Shown here one piece after another: positions 46,699 through 55,891 of a DNA stretch of 64,000 bases (positions are counted from its first letter, which is position 1; each line of letters opens with the position of its first letter). The position numbers and the translations under genes were made by a program. The stretch is from positions 14,483-78,482 of the forward strand of contig CAZWZW010000001.1 in assembly GCA_964639125.1 (NCBI GenBank), written 5' to 3'. Source of the stretch: an uncultured Verrucomicrobiota bacterium. Its GTDB lineage: Bacteria > Verrucomicrobiota > Kiritimatiellia > Kiritimatiellales > Pontiellaceae. The notes beneath the pieces are model-generated. The model was not told where the DNA came from. It did not search any database and saw only the letters and a program-made list of their open reading frames with translations.

Positions 46699-47139
46699 AT
46701 GAAAGCCTGGATGGATGAACTCCTCAATGAAAAGACCGAGTTGCAGATTGCTCCGTTGATTGATGTGGTCTTTCTGCTTTTGATCTACTTTATGGTCAGC
46801 TCCACACTCAAGCGTACGGAAGCAGATCTGACGTTGGCGTTGCCGGGTGCGGTGTCGGTATCAACCCAGATCGAATTGCCGGATGAGCAGATCATCGAAG
46901 TAATGGCCGATGGAAAGATCATACTCAACAACAAGATTTATGCAGCGGAAGACAAGTCCGATCTGCCCGGGCTTGAATACACCCTCCTTCGCTATCGGCA
47001 GGCTGCAAAACTCTCCAACACCAAGGCCATGATCACGATTGCGGCGGAAGATGACGCCGTGCACGAACGTGTGGTCGATGTGTTGAACGTTTGCGCCGGA
47101 GCCGGCATTAAGAATGTAACCTTCGGCACCGCCCAATAG
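46699..47139 (+). CDS. exbD: ExbD/TolR biopolymer transport protein, second copy
   Basis: LQIAPLIDVVFLLLIYFMV motif. Starts 2 nt after the previous stop. Confidence 0.85.
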   Translation: MKAWMDELLNEKTELQIAPLIDVVFLLLIYFMVSSTLKRTEADLTLALPGAVSVSTQIELPDEQIIEVMADGKIILNNKIYAAEDKSDLPGLEYTLLRYRQAAKLSNTKAMITIAAEDDAVHERVVDVLNVCAGAGIKNVTFGTAQ

Positions 47140-47330
47140 TCTGCCTCTGGTTGATGCCCTCCGGTTTTTGCTGGATGGAAGAGGGCGGAATCCTGCGAAA
47201 ACAAAATGATTGAAAGGGTGAGTCTCTTTTCGGGGTTAATGGCTGTACCGTTCGGCTCGATTAGGCTATAAACCCATTTCGATTTAAATAATTTAGAGTG
47301 AATATAGACGACAGATGAGGAGTTGTTAGA

Positions 47331-48002
47331 ATGAATGTTTTGCACGTATGCGCTAATCCGAAGCCAACCGAGGAATCGGTTTCCAAGCAGCTCGCTGCGG
47401 CTTTCTTTGGAAAATTGATTGAGCTTAAACCGGAAGTCGAGCTGGTTAATGTGGACCTCTACGACGAAAAACCTCCATTTTATTCCTACGAGCTCTATAA
47501 GCGCGTCTGGTATCCGGTTTTCGACGAGTCCTATGAGCCGGCGAAGGTTGAGGAAATGGCCATGAACTATGCCGCCAAGCAGGCCGAAGCCTTCAATAAC
47601 GCAGATGTGCTCGTGCTGACCATGCCCATGTGGAACTATAGCACTCCTGCCATCATGAAAGCTTGGATCGATCAGGTGCTTTGCCCGGGTCTGACCTTCT
47701 CAATCAGCAAGGAAGACGGGGTTAAACCGCTGCATAAGATTAAGAGCATTGTTCTGCTGGTCTCTTCCGGCGGTGTCTACAAAGAAGACGACGAACGCGA
47801 TGCACTGACGCGGCAGGTGCGCCATGGTTTCGAGTTTATTGGTGTCAATGACCTCGAGATTGTATGGGCGGAAGGTCAGAATCCGCTCTTCTTTGAAGAC
47901 TGCGAAGAAAACAAGCTGATGGCTATTGAAGCGGCTTCCGAAATTGCCGAAGACATTGCTGAAATTGATCTGACTGCAGCCGAAGAGGTTGCTGCCGAAT
48001 AA
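47331..48002 (+). CDS. azoR: FMN-dependent NADH-azoreductase
   Basis: MNVLHVCANPKP...SVSKQL N-terminus, LVLTMPMWNYSTPAIMKAWIDQV flavodoxin-like block. Confidence 0.82.
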   Translation: MNVLHVCANPKPTEESVSKQLAAAFFGKLIELKPEVELVNVDLYDEKPPFYSYELYKRVWYPVFDESYEPAKVEEMAMNYAAKQAEAFNNADVLVLTMPMWNYSTPAIMKAWIDQVLCPGLTFSISKEDGVKPLHKIKSIVLLVSSGGVYKEDDERDALTRQVRHGFEFIGVNDLEIVWAEGQNPLFFEDCEENKLMAIEAASEIAEDIAEIDLTAAEEVAAE

Positions 48003-48007
48003 GTCCG

Positions 48008-48625
48008 ATGGGCGTATTTGTAAAAATTTGTGGAATCTGCTCGGAGGGTGACCTCGAGCAGATTTCTGCTTTTAAGCCCGACGCAGTGGGCTTCATTCAG
48101 TGGCCCCGATCGAAACGCTATGTTGCTCCGGAGACCGTTGGTCAATGGGATACGATTGGGGGCATTAAACGCGTTGGCGTATTCGTGGATCCCTCCGAAT
48201 CCGAGTTGGTTCATGCCGTTGAATCTGCCCGATTCGATGTGGTGCAGGTTCATCGCATTTCCAATGATTGGACCGTCAAGCGTTCAGTATTCCAAGACAT
48301 GGAGTTTTGGAGAGCGCTTAATCCCGATGAATTTGAATCGGTCGGAACCGGATTCGTTTTTGATCGCTGTCTGGTGGATTCCTACGATCCGGAAACCATC
48401 GGAGGCACCGGGCAGACCTGCGACTGGAACCAGGCTCGCGAGCTGATCGATGCGATGGAAACGCCAATCCTGCTTGCCGGTGGCCTGACACCGGATAATG
48501 TGGCTGCGGCCATTGAGACCGTTGTCCCTTGGGGCGTCGATGTCAGTTCGGGGGTCGAGATTGAACCCGGAAAAAAAGACATCAGGAAGGTCAAAGCCTT
48601 TATTGCTGCTTGCAGGGCGCTATGA
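48008..48625 (+). CDS. trpF: phosphoribosylanthranilate isomerase
   Basis: VKICGI N-terminus, VQVH, GGTGQTCDW, LAGGLTPDNV. Confidence 0.88.
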   Translation: MGVFVKICGICSEGDLEQISAFKPDAVGFIQWPRSKRYVAPETVGQWDTIGGIKRVGVFVDPSESELVHAVESARFDVVQVHRISNDWTVKRSVFQDMEFWRALNPDEFESVGTGFVFDRCLVDSYDPETIGGTGQTCDWNQARELIDAMETPILLAGGLTPDNVAAAIETVVPWGVDVSSGVEIEPGKKDIRKVKAFIAACRAL

Positions 48626-49530
48626 ACCTCAGTTCCCTTCCCGAAGGAGTGACGACCCGGTTTGCCCCAAGCCTGACTGGTTATCTGCATCTAGGGCATG
48701 TGCTGCACATGCTTTATGTATGGGGAATTGCCCGCGCCAAGGGGGGTAAAGTGATTTCGCGAATCGAGGATCACGACCTTTCGCGCCGCCGCCCAGAATA
48801 TGAACGCGCCATTCTGGATGATATGGAATGGCTCGGCTTTACCCCTGATTGCGGCATCTCGGCAGCAGAGACCGCGAGGTATTCGCTATACCGCCAAAGC
48901 GATTCTTCCGGGGTCTACGAAGAGGTGCTTGCAGAGTTGTACAAAAAAGGTTTTGTGTATGGCTGTGAATGTAGTCGTAGGGAAATCTTTAAAAAGCAAT
49001 CGGATGGACAGGGCGAACTGTGTTATCCGGGAACCTGTGAAAATAAGAACCTTCCACTCGAGGGCAACACGGTCCGTTTCCGCCTGCCGGCGGGAGCGGT
49101 TTCCTTTTGCGATATTTCGTTGGGGGAATGCCATCAAGCCCCTATGGGGCAATGCGGTGATTTTTCGTTGCGCGATCGGCAAGGTCAGTGGACCTACCAG
49201 TTTTGTTGCGTATGCGATGATATCCGTCATGGCGTCGACCTTGTGATTCGCGGGGAGGATATTCTCTCCAGTACGGGACGGCAGATTGTGTTGTTCAAGG
49301 CGCTGGGCGAAGAGCCTCCTCGCTATCTTCATCATGCGTTGGTTTGCGATGAACATGGCGAAAAGCTCAGCAAACGGCAACGTTCCGAAAGTGTCACCCA
49401 AATGCGCGAAGCGGGCGTGTCTGCTTCCGAAATCATTGGCTTGGCTGCCTTTGCCAGCGGTTTAATACCCGATCAGAGGCCAATTCGTCTTGAGGAGGCG
49501 CTTGCGTTGTTGGTTTCCGATAGCTCGTAA
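48622..49530 (+). CDS. gluQ: glutamyl-Q tRNA(Asp) synthetase (truncated GluRS paralogue)
   Basis: RFAPSLTGYLHLGH (HIGH), RIEDHD, KLSKR (KMSKS), Cys-rich CxC...C cluster, about 300 aa with no anticodon-binding domain. ATGA overlap with trpF. Confidence 0.82.
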   Translation: MNLSSLPEGVTTRFAPSLTGYLHLGHVLHMLYVWGIARAKGGKVISRIEDHDLSRRRPEYERAILDDMEWLGFTPDCGISAAETARYSLYRQSDSSGVYEEVLAELYKKGFVYGCECSRREIFKKQSDGQGELCYPGTCENKNLPLEGNTVRFRLPAGAVSFCDISLGECHQAPMGQCGDFSLRDRQGQWTYQFCCVCDDIRHGVDLVIRGEDILSSTGRQIVLFKALGEEPPRYLHHALVCDEHGEKLSKRQRSESVTQMREAGVSASEIIGLAAFASGLIPDQRPIRLEEALALLVSDSS

Positions 49531-49565
49531 CACCCAACGCCCACTATCGTGTATGATAGATGTTA

Positions 49566-50378
49566 TCAAAGGAGTGCTTCCGCGATCGATTTCCTGATTT
49601 TCCGATGAAGGTAAAAAACGTCTTTCCCTTGATATGCCTGGGGGAGCAGCTCATTGGGTAACAAGGGGTCCCTCCGCATGCATTGGATATAGGCTTCGGC
49701 CTCGGCATAAAGAAGATCCATTACGTACTCTGCCGTGTTATTGCCGTTCTTCAGTTGTTTGAGGTTTTTTTTAAACACGGATATGTAGCGTTCCTGCAAT
49801 TCAATCAGCCAATCAAAGTTCCATGATTCATCCACGATTTCAGCGGTATCCTGATGAAGAACTGTGCGTGATTCCAGCAGATAGGAAACTGCATGCACAT
49901 TTGCCGCTTGCTCCAGACTGTCATATTCGGGTCGTATGTCGCGCGGCGTAATCCACACGCTTTTTTGCAGGCAACCCATGCGAAGGCGTTTCAGGAAGCC
50001 ACGAAGCGTGTCGCGGTAGTGACGTTCCTTTTCTGGCACATCGAAAATCAACATGTACCAAATACCGTTCCATTTAGAGTTCCACAGCTCTTCCGGCCGA
50101 TGATAGGCCGGAAGACGATTTTGAGCTTCAGTAGTCAATCGTAGGCAGGGGAGTTTTCCTGCGGTATTGGACCGAACAATGAGTCCAGCTTTACGCATAC
50201 GTGACATTGCCATATTATAGGCCGTTTGGCTGGGATAGGATTTATTCCATATCATTGAGCGCCCGTTTGTGGCGAGCACTTCGCCGACATCCTTCATGAG
50301 ATCAATCCATTCCTCGGTTAATCTGCGCTTCACCACAGGAAGCGACCAGTCAGGGTGGTGAAATGATTTCCAATTCAT
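49566..50378 (-). CDS. PaaX-family transcriptional regulator-like protein
   Basis: N-terminal wHTH-like region, WNGIWYMLIFDVPEKERHYRDTLRGFLKRLRMGCLQKSVWITP, and a PaaX_C-like RRDPLLPNELLP. No obvious SD sequence. Confidence 0.6.
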   Translation of the reverse strand: MNWKSFHHPDWSLPVVKRRLTEEWIDLMKDVGEVLATNGRSMIWNKSYPSQTAYNMAMSRMRKAGLIVRSNTAGKLPCLRLTTEAQNRLPAYHRPEELWNSKWNGIWYMLIFDVPEKERHYRDTLRGFLKRLRMGCLQKSVWITPRDIRPEYDSLEQAANVHAVSYLLESRTVLHQDTAEIVDESWNFDWLIELQERYISVFKKNLKQLKNGNNTAEYVMDLLYAEAEAYIQCMRRDPLLPNELLPQAYQGKDVFYLHRKIRKSIAEALL

Positions 50379-50379
50379 G

Positions 50380-50419
50380 ATAACATCTAAATTAAACGAT
50401 CGTGGTATTTAGATGTTAT
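50380..50419. promoter_or_regulatory. perfect 13-bp inverted repeat abutting the paaX-like start codon
   Basis: ATAACATCTAAAT (50380-50392) - 14 nt - ATTTAGATGTTAT (50407-50419). A third TAGATGTTAT copy at 49557-49566 overlaps the gene stop. Confidence 0.5.
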
Positions 50420-50528
50420 TGGGTGTGGTTGGCAAGGATAAAGGGCTGAGAGGGGACTTTGATTAGCCTTGAATTGCCGGGCGCAGGAGAACATTATCCG
50501 GGCTCGTTTTTGCAAAGGATTTTATACG

Positions 50529-51731
50529 ATGAAACCAACCCAACCCGATTCACATGGCCACTTTGGAACATATGGAGGCATGTTTGTTCCTGAGACGCTC
50601 ATGGAACCGTTGAATGAGCTGACACGTGTCTACAAAGAAGTGCGCAAAGACCCAGCGTTCAAGGAAGAACTGCAGTATTATCTCCGCGAATATGTGGGAC
50701 GCCCGACACCGCTTTATTTTGCGGAGCGCATGACGAAACAACTGGGCACGGCAAAAATCTATCTGAAGCGCGAGGATCTTTGCCATACGGGTGCGCATAA
50801 GATCAATAATTCCATGGGACAAATCCTGTTAGCAAAGCGGATGGGGAAAAAGCGCATTATTGCTGAAACCGGGGCGGGACAGCATGGCGTGGCAACTGCG
50901 ACGGTTTGTGCCATGTTCGGCATGGAGTGCGTCATCTATATGGGCAAGGTTGATATGGAGCGTCAGGCACTCAATGTCTTTCGGATGGAAAGCCTAGGGG
51001 CTTCGGTGGTCCCGGTTACGGTGGGCCAGCAGACGTTGAAAGAAGCGGTAAATGAAGCCATGCGCGACTGGGTCACGAATATTCGGAGTACACACTATAT
51101 TCTCGGTTCGGCCCTTGGGGCGCACCCATACCCCATGATGGTTCGCGATTTTCAGAGCGTGATCGGTCGTGAAGCCCGCAAGCAGATTTTGAAGGCGGAA
51201 GGGCGCCTGCCCACCGGTCTCATTGCTTGCGTGGGCGGCGGTAGCAATGCCATTGGTTTGTTCCATCCGTTCATCAAAGATGATGGCGTCCGGATGATCG
51301 GCGTTGAGGCGGGCGGTTTCGGAATTGAAGGAGGTATGCATGCAGCCCGTTTTGCGGAAGACAAGATTGGCATTCTGCAAGGCACCAAAACCTATGTTTT
51401 GCAGGATGATGATGGCCAGATTGCGCTGACGCATTCTATCAGCGCTGGGCTCGATTATGCTGCGGTCGGACCCGAGCACAGTTTACTTCGCGATCTTGGC
51501 CGCGCCGAATATTCCTATGTGACAGATGAGCAGGCGGTTGATGGGTTCGACAAGCTATCGCAGTGGGAGGGCATTTTGCCCGCGCTCGAGAGCTCGCATG
51601 CGATTGCATGGATGATCAACAATGCCGATAAATTTTCAAGTGAGGATCTACTGATTATCAATGTTTCCGGTCGAGGTGATAAGGATGTGCAGCAGATCGC
51701 CGAATGGAAAACGAAGAAGGCCGAGGGGTGA
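50529..51731 (+). CDS. trpB: tryptophan synthase beta chain
   Basis: [24 protein letters not shown] (PLP lysine), [23 protein letters not shown] 50529 preferred over the in-frame upstream start. Confidence 0.93.
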   Translation: MKPTQPDSHGHFGTYGGMFVPETLMEPLNELTRVYKEVRKDPAFKEELQYYLREYVGRPTPLYFAERMTKQLGTAKIYLKREDLCHTGAHKINNSMGQILLAKRMGKKRIIAETGAGQHGVATATVCAMFGMECVIYMGKVDMERQALNVFRMESLGASVVPVTVGQQTLKEAVNEAMRDWVTNIRSTHYILGSALGAHPYPMMVRDFQSVIGREARKQILKAEGRLPTGLIACVGGGSNAIGLFHPFIKDDGVRMIGVEAGGFGIEGGMHAARFAEDKIGILQGTKTYVLQDDDGQIALTHSISAGLDYAAVGPEHSLLRDLGRAEYSYVTDEQAVDGFDKLSQWEGILPALESSHAIAWMINNADKFSSEDLLIINVSGRGDKDVQQIAEWKTKKAEG

Positions 51732-51798
51732 CCGCCAAGGTTTATGATCGCGGCCTTTATGTTTGTCTGGATATAATCTCGGACTTGGGAGACGTGAA

Positions 51799-51972
51799 AT
51801 GAAAAGCATGCCAAACAAAAAATCGGGTATAGGTATCGTTGAATATTTGATTGTGGTTCTTATTGTGGCCATCGGCACATTGCTCGTTTTTGGTATTTAT
51901 GGTGACGCGATCAAGGGGAAACTTATGGGCGGTTCATCGGAAACCAACGCGGTCCACGCATTGGATAAATAA
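51799..51972 (+). CDS. Flp/Fap family type IVb pilin (57 aa)
   Basis: Flp motif G-IGIVEY followed by a hydrophobic helix LIVVLIVAIGTLLVFGI. GGGAGA RBS before ATG 51799. Confidence 0.6.
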   Translation: MKSMPNKKSGIGIVEYLIVVLIVAIGTLLVFGIYGDAIKGKLMGGSSETNAVHALDK

Positions 51973-52012
51973 GTTGTACCGTGCGATAAGGCTGCAGGAT
52001 TAAAGGATTAAT

Positions 52013-52894
52013 ATGGCACTGAAAAGCATGACAGGATTCGGCACAGGAATCGCATCGGCCGATGGTATTCGCGTTACGGTGGAGCTAAGTTCCGTTAACC
52101 GAAAACAACTCGACATTAACGTATCGCTGCCACGCAACTTGATTACGCTCGATGCGCAGGTGCAAAACTTAGTGCGCCATAATTTTTCGCGCGGTCGCAT
52201 CTCGGGCATCGTCCGGGTTGAAGCGGCAGACGGATCGACCGGTCGTGTAAAGATCGACCACAAGCTGGCGAGCCAATATATTGAAGGGCTCCGGGCTAGC
52301 GCAAAGAAGCTTAAGTTAACGGATGATCTTGGGGCTGAATCCATTGCGCGGTTTCCCGGCGTGGTCAATATTGAGCAGGAAAATCTGGATGCCGATCATG
52401 TGGGTTCCGTGCTGGAACAGGCTATGAAAAAGGCGCTGAGGGGCTTGGGCCGCATGCGTTCGACCGAAGGCAAGGCGCTGGAAACGGATCTGCGCGCGCG
52501 GCTCGGCATGCTCGATGAAATGAAAAAGGAGATTCGCAAGTTGGCGCATACCGTGGTGGCCAGTTATCGCGAAAAACTTTTCCAGCGGTTGGAGGATGCG
52601 GGGCTGAGCGACCTGGCCTCCGATGAACGGGTCGTGAAGGAAGTGGCCATTTTTGCCGACCGTTGCGACGTTAGCGAGGAGTTAACCCGTTTGAAGAGTC
52701 ACCTGTCGCAGGCGCGCAAGCTTTTGCGCTCGGGCGAACCGGTTGGTCGCACGCTGGATTTCCTGTGCCAAGAGCTCTTTCGGGAAATCAACACGATTGG
52801 ATCGAAGGCCAACGAGGTCGCGATTACCCGCCTCGTTGTGACCTTTAAGACGGAGCTTGAACGCATTCGTGAACAGGTGCAGAACATAGAATAG
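52013..52894 (+). CDS. yicC: YicC family stress-induced protein
   Basis: MTGFG start motif, SVNRKQLD, and C-terminal DVSEELTRLKSH...ELFREINTIGSKAN. Confidence 0.88.
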   Translation: MALKSMTGFGTGIASADGIRVTVELSSVNRKQLDINVSLPRNLITLDAQVQNLVRHNFSRGRISGIVRVEAADGSTGRVKIDHKLASQYIEGLRASAKKLKLTDDLGAESIARFPGVVNIEQENLDADHVGSVLEQAMKKALRGLGRMRSTEGKALETDLRARLGMLDEMKKEIRKLAHTVVASYREKLFQRLEDAGLSDLASDERVVKEVAIFADRCDVSEELTRLKSHLSQARKLLRSGEPVGRTLDFLCQELFREINTIGSKANEVAITRLVVTFKTELERIREQVQNIE

Positions 52895-52916
52895 AGCAGG
52901 ATCAGAGGAAGATAAT

Positions 52917-53561
52917 GTGGAAGATTCAAATAACGAATTAATACAGGAACCGCCAGCGGTTCCGCGCTTGGCGCGACCGTTGATGATTGTGGTTTCTGCA
53001 CCCTCCGGTGCCGGAAAAAGCACGCTTTGCAATCGGTTGATCGAAGCATTTCCAAAGATGAAATATTCTGTATCCTGCACAACCCGTGCACCGCGCGGGG
53101 ATGAAAAGGACGGTAGCCACTACTACTTCTTGTCTAAAAAGGAGTTCAAAAACCGCATCAAAATGGGCGAGTTTATTGAGTATGCCAAGGTGCACGGTAA
53201 TTATTACGGCACACTCGAGGATACGGTGCTTTATGCTATGGAAGAGGGGAACCATGTCCTCCTTGATATTGATGTGCAGGGAGCCAGCCAGATTCGCGGT
53301 TCGCTCGTACGGTTGGATCCACGTCATCCGATTCGTCGCGGATTTACCGATATATTTATTGCACCTCCATCCCTTAAGGAGCTCGAGCGCCGGTTGCGCG
53401 GCCGGGAAACCGACGAAGAAAAGGTGATTCAAAAGCGGCTCGAAAATGCCAAGGGTGAAATGGAATATGCTTCCGAATATGCCCACCAGATCGTTAACGA
53501 TGATCTAGAGCAAGCCTTCGCCGATCTCAAGTCGACCATTTGTTCCCTACTTGAATCGTAG
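52917..53561 (+). CDS. gmk: guanylate kinase
   Basis: P-loop SAPSGAGKSTL, SCTTRAPRGDEKDGSHYYF, GNYYGT. GTG start after AGAGGAAG. Confidence 0.9.
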   Translation: MEDSNNELIQEPPAVPRLARPLMIVVSAPSGAGKSTLCNRLIEAFPKMKYSVSCTTRAPRGDEKDGSHYYFLSKKEFKNRIKMGEFIEYAKVHGNYYGTLEDTVLYAMEEGNHVLLDIDVQGASQIRGSLVRLDPRHPIRRGFTDIFIAPPSLKELERRLRGRETDEEKVIQKRLENAKGEMEYASEYAHQIVNDDLEQAFADLKSTICSLLES

Positions 53562-53566
53562 ACTGA

Positions 53567-55816
53567 TTAGTTCTTCGCCGAAATCCCGATTACTTGTCTG
53601 AACTCAATAGATTCAGCGGCGAGAACCAGCGCGAGTGGGGGCATTTCCTTGGAGGATTCCATCAGGGTTCCATAGTAGTGGCTATATTCCTCTACCGATT
53701 CTTCTTCGCCGGGTTGACGCATGCCCATGAAAACGAGGCCCGCATCTGCTGAGGCCTGGCGAATGATGTCGTAGAAGCTCGGTAATCGTTTGATCAGCAC
53801 GTCGGCCTGAGCCGGGATACGTTGCTCTTCAATAAAGGTTTCCAGTCGTTCGCGGGCGGGACCTCGCTCATCCTCGGTTTCGACGATGGTTTTTAGAATA
53901 AGTTTTGATTGTTTCCAGATCGGACTCTTCTGAATCTGGTAGGCAAGGGTGAGCATCAGTCCAATATTGTCTTTGTTTCCACCCCACCAAACGTGGATTT
54001 CGTCGGCTTCCGCGGAGGCTTCAACATCGCTCTCGCGAAGCATGATCAGGTTGCGCTGGGTGCGGTAGACCAGTTGGATCAGCTCGGCAAACTCGTTGAA
54101 GCTCGATCGGTTTTCCGTATCCCCCAGTAAAATAGTATTAGGGGTTAGTGGGCCATAGCCATAGGCGCGAACCAGGGCACGTGCCCCGGAAAGCATATCG
54201 GGCGAGGGGAATATTTTTACCATGGCATCGACCTCCCGCTTTTCGAGGTAGTCGCGCATCGTATCTTCCGTGCTTTTGACTTTTTCTGCCGACCATTCCT
54301 CGACCGGCAGGATGCTGGCCACGGTCAGTGCGCTGCTGTGGCGGGTCAGTGAGTTGGCCATTTCGATCAAATGCCATCTGGATTTTGGTGAACCGCTCAG
54401 GGCGAGAATATTTGGCTGCCAGGTGCGTTCATCTGGTTTGAGCTTGTTGAGTCGGTGCACGGCAAAGCGCACCAGCAGGGTCAGGATGCCATAGCGCATA
54501 TCCGCCCAGTGTGCATTCAGGCGTCGGCGTTTCACGATATAGAAGACCATGGAGGTCACGAACAGGGCAATCAATGTTGCGCCGGCGTTAATCATCAGCA
54601 TGACCATGAAACAAGCGGCTCCGCCGAGCAGCGAAATGCCATAGTGGATCCTGAATTTAGGGCGCCACGAAGGGCTTTCAATAAGCCCTTCCAGTCCGGC
54701 GGATAGGTTGAGCAGACCATAGGAAAGCAGGAAGAACATGGAGAGAATCGGGGCGATCAGGTTCAAGTCGCCGAGCAGTACTGCACCGAGTGCCACAATA
54801 AAGGAGATGGCTGTTGCGATGCGCGGGTCGGCCTTGTTCTTGCCGAATCCGCGGCCGATGAAGCGTGGAATGACGCGGTCGAGCGCCAGCGCCTGCAAGG
54901 TGCGTGGTGCGCCCAGCAAAGAGCCCAGCGCACTTGAAAGCGATGCCGCAAAAACACCCATCACGATTAGGAAGCCCCAGCGCGCCACGGTCGACATAAT
55001 ATTCGGATCAATCAGGAGCAGGTTTGAATCAGGAACCACCCTGTGCAGGAAAACGGGTAGGACCATGTAGACCAGATAGCCCGTGCCAATGGCCAGCAGG
55101 GTGCCCCGCGGGAGTGACTTGGCCGGGTTTTTTAGGTCTCCGGAAAGCCCCAGTCCAGCTTCGATACCGGTTACGGCAGGGAAGAATACAGCAAAAACAA
55201 CCCAGAAACTGGCCCGGGGGGGGATGATGGCGTCTGGTGGGACGACGAGGATCTCCGGTGCAGGATTTCCAATGAAAAAGGAGACGAGCGAAAGGGCGAT
55301 GGCTGCAAAGATACCAAACTGCACTTTCAGCGCGAGATCGGCAGAGAAGTAGGCCAGAGCGGTTAGCAAGGTCAGTGTCGAAGCCGAAATGATTTTGGCG
55401 GCAACCGCAGGGTCAATGCCCATCGAGGCAAGGGGGTTTCCCAGGGCCATCAGTGCTTCTGTAAAACCGGCGATATAGAACGCCACCCCGAAGGCGCGCG
55501 CAAAAAAGAGCGGCAGTCCGATGGCGGCACCGGCTTCAAGTCCGAGCGAACGCGAAATGATATAGTAGGCACCGCCGCCGCCCACCTTCATATTGGTGGC
55601 CATGGCGGAGATCGACAACCCGGTGAGAAAGGTAATGGCCGTGGCAATCGTGACAACCAACAGAGTGGCCGGTAGGCCGACGTTACCGAGAACCCAGCCA
55701 AAACGCAGGTACATGATAACCCCGAAGATCGTCAGCACACTCGGGGTGTAGACGCCTTTGAAGGTACCAAATGCGTAGCCCTTCTTTTCAGATGCTTCGC
55801 CCATGCCGTCTCCCAT
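53567..55816 (-). CDS. cation-chloride cotransporter (SLC12/CCC) family, APC-superfamily transporter with large cytoplasmic C-terminal domain
   Basis: N-terminal FGTFKGVYTPSVLTIFGVIMYLRFGWVLGNVG, about 12 TM segments, then a soluble domain of about 290 aa. Confidence 0.78.
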   Translation of the reverse strand: MGDGMGEASEKKGYAFGTFKGVYTPSVLTIFGVIMYLRFGWVLGNVGLPATLLVVTIATAITFLTGLSISAMATNMKVGGGGAYYIISRSLGLEAGAAIGLPLFFARAFGVAFYIAGFTEALMALGNPLASMGIDPAVAAKIISASTLTLLTALAYFSADLALKVQFGIFAAIALSLVSFFIGNPAPEILVVPPDAIIPPRASFWVVFAVFFPAVTGIEAGLGLSGDLKNPAKSLPRGTLLAIGTGYLVYMVLPVFLHRVVPDSNLLLIDPNIMSTVARWGFLIVMGVFAASLSSALGSLLGAPRTLQALALDRVIPRFIGRGFGKNKADPRIATAISFIVALGAVLLGDLNLIAPILSMFFLLSYGLLNLSAGLEGLIESPSWRPKFRIHYGISLLGGAACFMVMLMINAGATLIALFVTSMVFYIVKRRRLNAHWADMRYGILTLLVRFAVHRLNKLKPDERTWQPNILALSGSPKSRWHLIEMANSLTRHSSALTVASILPVEEWSAEKVKSTEDTMRDYLEKREVDAMVKIFPSPDMLSGARALVRAYGYGPLTPNTILLGDTENRSSFNEFAELIQLVYRTQRNLIMLRESDVEASAEADEIHVWWGGNKDNIGLMLTLAYQIQKSPIWKQSKLILKTIVETEDERGPARERLETFIEEQRIPAQADVLIKRLPSFYDIIRQASADAGLVFMGMRQPGEEESVEEYSHYYGTLMESSKEMPPLALVLAAESIEFRQVIGISAKN

Positions 55817-55891
55817 TGGTTGGAAAATTATGCATGGAGTTTTTCAGACCTTGGAACAAAAGGGAAGCCCTATTAGAGATAGGGGCGCGTA

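Noticed and set aside
50432-50528. Trp attenuator, leader peptide or T-box upstream of trpB
   Set aside because: The in-frame upstream extension ([10 protein letters not shown]...) has no Trp codons. Only a weak CCGG-based pairing precedes the T-run, and no T-box specifier-like structure was recognisable.
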